From Eledone cirrhosa (Eukaryota): a stretch of 64,000 bases of DNA. The DNA lies in NCBI GenBank assembly GCA_964016885.1, contig OZ024743.1, positions 202,244,001 through 202,308,000 of the forward strand, in the 5' to 3' direction. A model generated the notes under the pieces. The model saw only the letters and a list, made by a program, of their open reading frames with translations, ran no database searches and was not told the DNA's origin. Of this stretch, positions 57,131-64,000 are shown one piece after another. The position numbers were made by a program, and so were the translations under genes. The stretch's first letter is position 1, and each line of letters opens with the position of its first letter.

Positions 57131-58338
57131 CAAAATAAATCCCTAGATTCGAGCATGGTGGACCTGTGTACTGTAAATTCAGGCAACTCTACTTGACACT
57201 ACATAGGTTCCACGGCTGGGGAGTTCAAGAAAAGGTGGTAGTCCACAGACACTCTATGTAGAACCGTACATTGGAGAATTCTACGACGCTCGCCAATAAA
57301 ATCTGGCAGCTTAAAAGCAAAACCCAAGTATATAAGATTAGCTGGTCAACATTATCGGTAGCAAGGGCCTACGGAAACGGAATGCCCCACTGTAGACTTT
57401 GTAATATAGAACTACTCCATATCTTAAGGTACGATGGGATGCTGCTTAACAGCAAAATAGAAAGATTAATTTACTGTAGGCATAAAATTGCTACCAGATT
57501 CACAAACTTCAAACCATTATGATTTGAACCAGCAATCCCAAAACTAAAACTGAACCACCTCCATTTTAGCATATAGAATACACACCATCACACTGCTATT
57601 AGCTGTCAAACGGTCAACTGGTCACTGGATCATAAACCTCTGAACATCTCTTTCACCCTCTTTCCCTTAAATAGCATCAACCCCATTAAGATAGAACAAT
57701 CAGCAAAACATTTACAACACACGTTTGTCAAACCTCCCTTCACAATCCACCCCTAGCCCTTAAATCTCATACTTGTATCACCCAATTAATCTCTAATTTA
57801 TTTTTTCTTTTATCTGTCACTACATCAGACTCTCTACGTGTATCTATGTATGTTTCGAATATGACTTTTCATGTTAGAACTAAACCCACCAAAGAATCCT
57901 TATAAGAACACTTACTCACCACCACCACAAACATACTCTGTACTTACATGCTGTACTTACATGCTCTCACGTATCCTTATTTATTTCTTTATATTTTCCA
58001 TTTTCTTATTTTCTTACTTTTTAATGTATCCCATCTTATCTTTTACTTTTTACTTTTTACATCTGTAACTTCTGTACCTATTTACCATATATATTTTATT
58101 ACTGATGTTATTGTTTTGATTATACGCTATTCTTCTATATATTTCTTGCCTCGAGTGAATTGTTTTTATATCTACGTACTCTGACATGTTGATCAGAGAT
58201 AAATAATGTATTGGAGATCCGGTGACGCAACTTCAAGCGATTAGCGACCTCTAGACTCACCTGATCAATGACACAATTGTCAGTACTTGAAATAAAACTC
58301 CTTATTGTACAGCCAACCATGTTACTCTTCATTCTTTC

Positions 58339-58345
<7 letters not shown>
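57131..58345 (+). mobile_element. Second Hydra-like PLE 3' fragment (GIY-YIG pseudogene + decayed HHR at 58176-58286)
   Basis: [38 protein letters not shown], paralogous to 54550-55169; gtact-ctgaca..gaca-caattg-TC-agtac. Confidence 0.7.
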
Positions 58346-58383
<38 letters not shown>

Positions 58384-58389
58384 AACAAG

Positions 58390-58475
<86 letters not shown>

Positions 58476-59004
58476 TAAGAGGAATTCCAACTTTGTCTGA
58501 TTTACTCGTTTTATTTACAATCCTTTAAAATATATATAATATGGTATTATAATGAAATAGTATGATAGAATATTAAATTCTAAGTGTTAATTGAACAAGT
58601 ACTTTCATGCTTTCGCAATCTTCAGGTTCATGATATGTGGTGACAGTCGAGTTTGCAATTTTCAACTGTAATGAGATGGGTAAATTTACTACCTTTTATA
58701 CATTTTATACAGAGAAAAGTGGCTCCAGAATGCAAAGCCCTGTAAACTGTATTTCGACCAATCAGTGTGTAGTTTCACTGAATTACTACAGCTGATTGGT
58801 TTAAGCGTCACGGCTGGTTGAGCATGCTAACGTCCAATAGTCATACCCAACGTATCAATTGTTTTGCTTTTTAAAATGATGAAACTAGCATTTTCTATTA
58901 ATCATCACCATCAACATCACTTTTATTATTATTATTATTGTTGTTGTTGTTGTTGTTAGTGGTCGTGGTCATAGTGGTAGTAGAAGTAATACCCCTAGGC
59001 GTTA

Positions 59005-60744
59005 TTATTGTTCATTTAGCTTGGGTTTGAATTTATCAATAAAATTCTTTTCTTTGATTTTTCTCTTGATTTCACTTGGGCTGTGTAATTTGTAGAATGG
59101 GAATATTATAAATATTCCCTGACCACATGTTGCCAGGTGGCCGCTTAGGGGTATCTGACGGACATTTGGGTCTCTGATTTGTTGACGGTGTACCCGTGAA
59201 CGTTCCGATAGTGCATTTCCAGTTTGACCGACATATAGTTCTTCACAATTCGGGCATTTAATGCAGTAAATTAGATTTCTGCTTTTGCAGTTCATATTTG
59301 CATTTGGGAATATTTTTCCAGTTTTTGTGTTCATATATTGACCGGCGTGTATGGATTGACATGTGCCGCATCGATTATCATTGCATTTAGCTACAGTGAA
59401 TGATTGGTCTTTGTTGTTAAGGTCAAACTTTGCTTTTGTTAGCAATTGCTTCAAATTTTTTGGCTGTCTTTTACTAAGAGTCAAAGATCGATCTGTGATT
59501 AAGCCTTTTAATTCATTACTTTGAGCAATGATCGGTAGGTTTGCTTTGGCAGTGTTGAATATATTCTGGTGACATGGGTTGTGTGTCATTATAAATGGTA
59601 TAACCAGTTCTTGGTTTCTTCTTCCTTGGGTTGTTCTAAGTTGTTGTATAGGTATTTTTATAGCCCGCTGTATGCCATTTTCTATAAGTAGAGATGGGTA
59701 TTTTTGTTTGAGCAAAAATTCTCTTAGTTCTGTTAGGCGTTTGTACCTGGTATTCGTATTTTCTACAATGGTACAAATTCTTCTGGCTAGGCAGTATGGG
59801 ATGTTGCGTTTTGTATGAGGTGGATGGCACGACATAAAATTCAGATATTGATGGGTGTCTGTGTGTTTATAATATATATCCGTGGTAATGGTGGTGTCGT
59901 TTTTGATTATCATTATATCTAGGAATGGTAATTTGGTCCTACTCATCTCGTTTGTGAATTGGAGAGATGGGTGTAGGTTATTCAGGAGGATATTGAACTC
60001 ATCCAGAGTATCTAGAGATTCTGTCCAGATGATGAAACAGTCGTCAAGGTATCTCTTCCAAGATTTTTCAATGTTCTTTCTAAAGTCAGTACTATATTTG
60101 TGCTCTATTTCTTGGTAGAGTTGTTGTTCTAAGTATCCCATTACAGAGTTCGCATAAACGGGAGCAAACTTCGTTAGCATCGCTGTGCCTCTAATTTCGA
60201 TGTAATTCTTTCCATTGAAGAAGAAAGTGTTGTTTTCCAGAATAAGTTTAACTGCGTCTAATATAAATGGCGCTGTGAATCTAATGGGAATCACTTCTCT
60301 ATGTTTTTCCACCCAGTATTTAACCGCCTTTATTCCTAAACCATGTGTAATGTTGGTGTAAAGGCTTACCACATCAAAACTGAGTAGAAGTGAATTCGTT
60401 TCCGTGGTTTTGGGAAGATGGGACAGGAAGTCGATATCATCCCGGATGAAACTGGGTATGTGAATACATAGTGGTTTCAAAATAATGTCAACAAAATTGC
60501 TTAGACGGTGAGTGGGGCATGTTGGACCAGCTATAATAGGTCTAAGTTTTAAGTCATTTGGGTGTAATAATTTAATGTACTCTCTGTTTTGTTCTCTTAC
60601 TGCCAGTTGTATTTCTTTTGACTTGTGAACTTTCGGTAGGCCATACAGGTTGCTGGGTTTCGGCTCAAAATTGTTGATGTAGTCTCTTTCCTTATCAGTA
60701 AATGAGTTGTGGTATTTTGAAGCCAGGTTGTTGATCTTCTTCAT
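59005..60744 (-). CDS. PLE reverse transcriptase + C-terminal GIY-YIG endonuclease (5'-truncated, open frame)
   Basis: LYGLPKVHK, LRPII, SFDVVSLYTNI, GTAMLTKFAP (usual G replaced by L), RYLDD, PFLD, CNDNRCGTC, NLIY..C..C..YVGQTG..R..H..E..LN. Confidence 0.9.
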   Translation of the reverse strand: MKKINNLASKYHNSFTDKERDYINNFEPKPSNLYGLPKVHKSKEIQLAVREQNREYIKLLHPNDLKLRPIIAGPTCPTHRLSNFVDIILKPLCIHIPSFIRDDIDFLSHLPKTTETNSLLLSFDVVSLYTNITHGLGIKAVKYWVEKHREVIPIRFTAPFILDAVKLILENNTFFFNGKNYIEIRGTAMLTKFAPVYANSVMGYLEQQLYQEIEHKYSTDFRKNIEKSWKRYLDDCFIIWTESLDTLDEFNILLNNLHPSLQFTNEMSRTKLPFLDIMIIKNDTTITTDIYYKHTDTHQYLNFMSCHPPHTKRNIPYCLARRICTIVENTNTRYKRLTELREFLLKQKYPSLLIENGIQRAIKIPIQQLRTTQGRRNQELVIPFIMTHNPCHQNIFNTAKANLPIIAQSNELKGLITDRSLTLSKRQPKNLKQLLTKAKFDLNNKDQSFTVAKCNDNRCGTCQSIHAGQYMNTKTGKIFPNANMNCKSRNLIYCIKCPNCEELYVGQTGNALSERSRVHRQQIRDPNVRQIPLSGHLATCGQGIFIIFPFYKLHSPSEIKRKIKEKNFIDKFKPKLNEQ

Positions 60745-61229
60745 GATGTTATAATATTCCCATTCTACAAATTACACAGCCCAAGTGAAATCAAGAGAAA
60801 AATCAAAGAAAAGAATTTTATTGATAAATTCAAACCCAAGCTAAATGAACAATAATAACGCCTAGGGGTATTACTTCTACTACCACTATGACCACGACCA
60901 CTAACAACAACAACAACAACAATAATAATAATAATAAAAGTGATGTTGATGGTTATGATTAATAGAAAATGCTATTTTCATCATTTCAAAAAGCAAAACA
61001 ATTGATACGTTGGGTATGACTATTGGACGTTAGCATGCTCAACCAGCCGTGACGCTTAAACCAATCAGCTGTAGTAATTCAGTGAAACTACACACTGATT
61101 GGTCGAAATACAGTTTACAGGGCTTTGCATTCTGGAGCCACTTTTCTCTGTATAAAATGTATAAAAGGTAGTAAATTTACCCATCTCATTACAGTTGAAA
61201 ATTGCAAACTCGACTGTCACCACATATCA

Positions 61230-61268
61230 TGAACCTGAAGATTGCGAAAGCATGAAAGTACTTGTTCA
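61230..61268 (+). ncRNA. Minimal hammerhead ribozyme (mirror at 58592-58630, -)
   Basis: tgaac-CTGAAGA-ttgc gaaa gcat-GAAA-gtac-TT-gttca. Confidence 0.75.
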
Positions 61269-61431
61269 ATTAACACTTAGAATTTAATATTCTATCATAC
61301 TATTTCATTATAATACCATATTATATATATTTTAAAGGATTGTAAATAAAACGAGTAAATCAGACAAAGTTGGAATTCCTCTTATTAATATAATCTTCTA
61401 TACACAATCATACACACCCGTGTATATTTAC

Positions 61432-61534
<103 letters not shown>

Positions 61535-61726
61535 TTCATCAGACAAAATACAATATATAACAGTTTTACAAATAAGCTTTGACGTACCCTTTTAAAATGC
61601 AACCATTATTTTTGGAAGCCATCTGGATAGTGAATTGTTTATATTATTTTAATAAGTCTTAATGTTAAGGACAATTAGAAAAAGACGGAGAGAAAGAAAA
61701 AAGACGGAGAGAGAGAAAAAAGAAAT

Positions 61727-62545
61727 ATAATACATATTATAAAATTAGTCCCTCATCAGTGTTTTGCCAACGATCATTGGTATTTCATCGCATTAAAAAT
61801 CACATACCTCAGGTTGGTGCGAGCAATAACTAAAATAAGCTATTGGGACAAGTGAAACGCGTAAAGCGAGTGAGACAAGTAAACAACATAGGAGGAAAAG
61901 CTAACCGAAGATGGGAAGAACAACAAGCAACATGGTTATCGGATCAGCATAAGCTGGGTTTAATATCATGAGCGCTTAGGAAACAGACCTTTCGCTGTGA
62001 AGGGGATGTGAGAAAGAAAGAATCCCTCTCCTAGCGAACGGGAGGAAGTGAGAAGGGGAGAAACAGAGAGTGAGTGAGTGGAAGTGCGAGGATGAGGTCA
62101 GTCGAGAAAAAGTGTTAACTGACAGAGGGGACGAAAGAAGGTAAGAGAAACAGAGAGAACAGGGGAGCAATAAGAGAGAAAGAGAGAAAGAGATAATCGC
62201 CGTTTAGGTAAATATATGAAAAACATGGGGAGAAGAATACTGCGTGGTTGCACATGGAATACATATTATAAAATTAGTCCCTCATCAGTGATTTGCCAAC
62301 GATCATTTGTATTTCATCGCATTAAAAATCATATACCTCAGGTTGGTGCGAGCAATAACTAAAATAAGCTATTGGGACAAGTGAAACGCGTAAAGCGAGT
62401 GAGACAAGTAAACAACATAGGAGGAAAAGCTAACCGAAGATGGGAAAAAAACAAGCAACATGGTTATCGGATCAGCATAAGCTGGGTGAATATCAAGCGC
62501 TCAGGAAACAGACATGGGGAGAAGAATACTGCGTGGTTGCACATG
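61727..62545. repeat. Partial tandem duplication (unit 2 lacks ~235 bp)
   Basis: aatacatattataaaattagtccctcatcag..ggaaacagac..catggggagaagaatactgcgtggttgcacatg occurs at 61727 and 62258. Confidence 0.8.
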
Positions 62546-62568
62546 ATATATATATATATATATACATA

Positions 62569-62626
<58 letters not shown>

Positions 62627-62634
<8 letters not shown>

Positions 62635-63049
62635 AGATCAAAAGATGGTTAAAGGAGTTCAATATATTTTATTATGCGCATTTCAAAAACAAACATCATC
62701 AAACAATAATATTTGTGTTTTCATCAGATAAAACAGGAGAACATGATATGAAGGCTAAAAAAAACACTTGTTGATAGTGCAGTTTTAAATCAACATATGT
62801 TGATTTAAAACTGCACTATCAACAAGTGTTTTTTTTAGCCTTCATATCATGTTCTCCTGTTTTATCTGATGAAAACACAAATATTATTGTTTGATGATGT
62901 TTGTTTTTGAAATGCGCATAATAAAATATATTGAACTCCTTTAACCATCTTTTGATCTTATATTATGCATACTCCAGTCCCACAAACTGTAGAGTGCTTC
63001 TTATCCGATATCTGCATTGCTTTATTGTACTACAATAAAACTTACCTCC

Positions 63050-63053
<4 letters not shown>
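62627..63053 (+). mobile_element. Short fold-back HHR element
   Basis: Palindrome 62627-62966 with no loop (centre caacat|atgttg), tail to 63053, (TA)n flanks. Confidence 0.8.
62858..62928 (+). ncRNA. Type I hammerhead ribozyme
   Basis: tgttttat-CTGATGA-aaacacaaatattatt gttt gatgatgtttgttttt-GAAA-tgcgca-TA-ataaaata. Confidence 0.8.
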
Positions 63054-63081
<28 letters not shown>

Positions 63082-63159
63082 ACTCTTTTACTCTTTTACT
63101 CTTTTACCTGTGCCAGCAATCCGGATGAGGCCATGCTGGGGAACCGCCCTTGTTGCTAT

Positions 63160-63827
63160 CTGGCCGAACTACCCGCGCCTTGCTACGTTTAACACATTTT
63201 TTAGAAAAGAAAATGATGATTGATTGTAAATCAGTGATATAACTTATGGAGAAAAAATTCTGTATTTAAATATTATTCAATGTAAAATGTAATGCAAGAA
63301 AAATTGGAAAACATTATTTTTTTCATATATCATATCAAAATTACATTATTAAATCTTATTCTTATTTTGTTTCTTGTACATAATCTTTATTCAAGATATC
63401 AATTGTAAAGTTACGTGAATAGGCATCATATCTTGTTAATTACCTATGGTTTAAATTTCATATAAATCGAAGGGAAAAAATTGTCAGCAGGGGTCTGTGC
63501 CTCCGGGGAACCCTAATAGCGGGTTTAACCCCCATTAGAGTGTATTAATATTATTGAAATTTGCTGAAATTTTGTGAATAGGCATCATATCTTATCATTT
63601 ACCTATGGTCGAAATTTCATATAAATTGAAGGGAAAATGTTTTCAGCGGTGGTTTGTGCCCCCGGAGTTCCCTTTGATTAAAATGAAATATACTTATCCA
63701 AGTACCCTGGGCAATGTAGCTTGAGAATATATATGGTTATGGGGAGGTCTATCTCCAAAATCATAGGAGGAGTTCGTGAACAATCAAACAAACAAACAGA
63801 CAGGAACTGCAACTTTATATATATAGA
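63160..63827 (-). mobile_element. Non-autonomous Helitron (degenerate 3' end)
   Basis: Minus strand 5' a|TCTATATATATAAAG + gtctgtttgtttg; 3' cgtagcaaggcgcggg hairpin-like motif; internal duplication at 63415/63575. Confidence 0.55.
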
Positions 63828-64000
63828 TATATACGGTTTAATTCCTGTTGTGGTGTTATTACATAGGAATATTTCTAGGCAATATTAAAACCAATTGTCT
63901 TTACGACACTAGAGAATATTTACAAAAAAAACAAAGCCATTATTCAATCTGAAAAAAATCTGAATGGAAAAGTTTGAGAAGCCCTGATTTAGAGTCACAT

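Noticed and set aside
62627-62966. Fold-backs as amplification or assembly chimeras
   Set aside because: Provisionally rejected: most arm pairs differ by substitutions or indels, boundaries recur by family, and they coincide with (TA)n and HHRs. The nearly perfect ones still need read-level confirmation.

Overview
AT-rich, microsatellite-dense metazoan genomic DNA. The SINE family and (TA)n/(CA)n/(GA)n content suggest an octopus, which is an inference. Most short ORFs in the track are microsatellite translations. The only host coding sequence I recognise is a large first coding exon (43145-44632, +) of a class C GPCR resembling the invertebrate GABA-B receptor R3/R2-like subunit. The rest is transposon-derived: a PIF1-helicase Helitron relic, three non-autonomous Helitrons, Penelope-like elements (PLEs) from at least three lineages, R4/Dong-like, CRE-like, RTE and L1/Tx1 relics, and many tRNA-derived SINEs. 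The main signal is about 13 head-to-head fold-back insertions, most of them bounded by (TA)n. Most carry a type I hammerhead ribozyme (HHR) motif read directly from the sequence. These include a U3-A8 core variant, U10.1-U11.1 variants and very long stem II variants. The arms show a reproducible asymmetry that suggests two priming events at a palindromic (TA)n target. A twister-ribozyme-like motif with an extra hairpin sits in an RTE 5' UTR (39494-39607). All RNA structures were paired by eye and none was computed.
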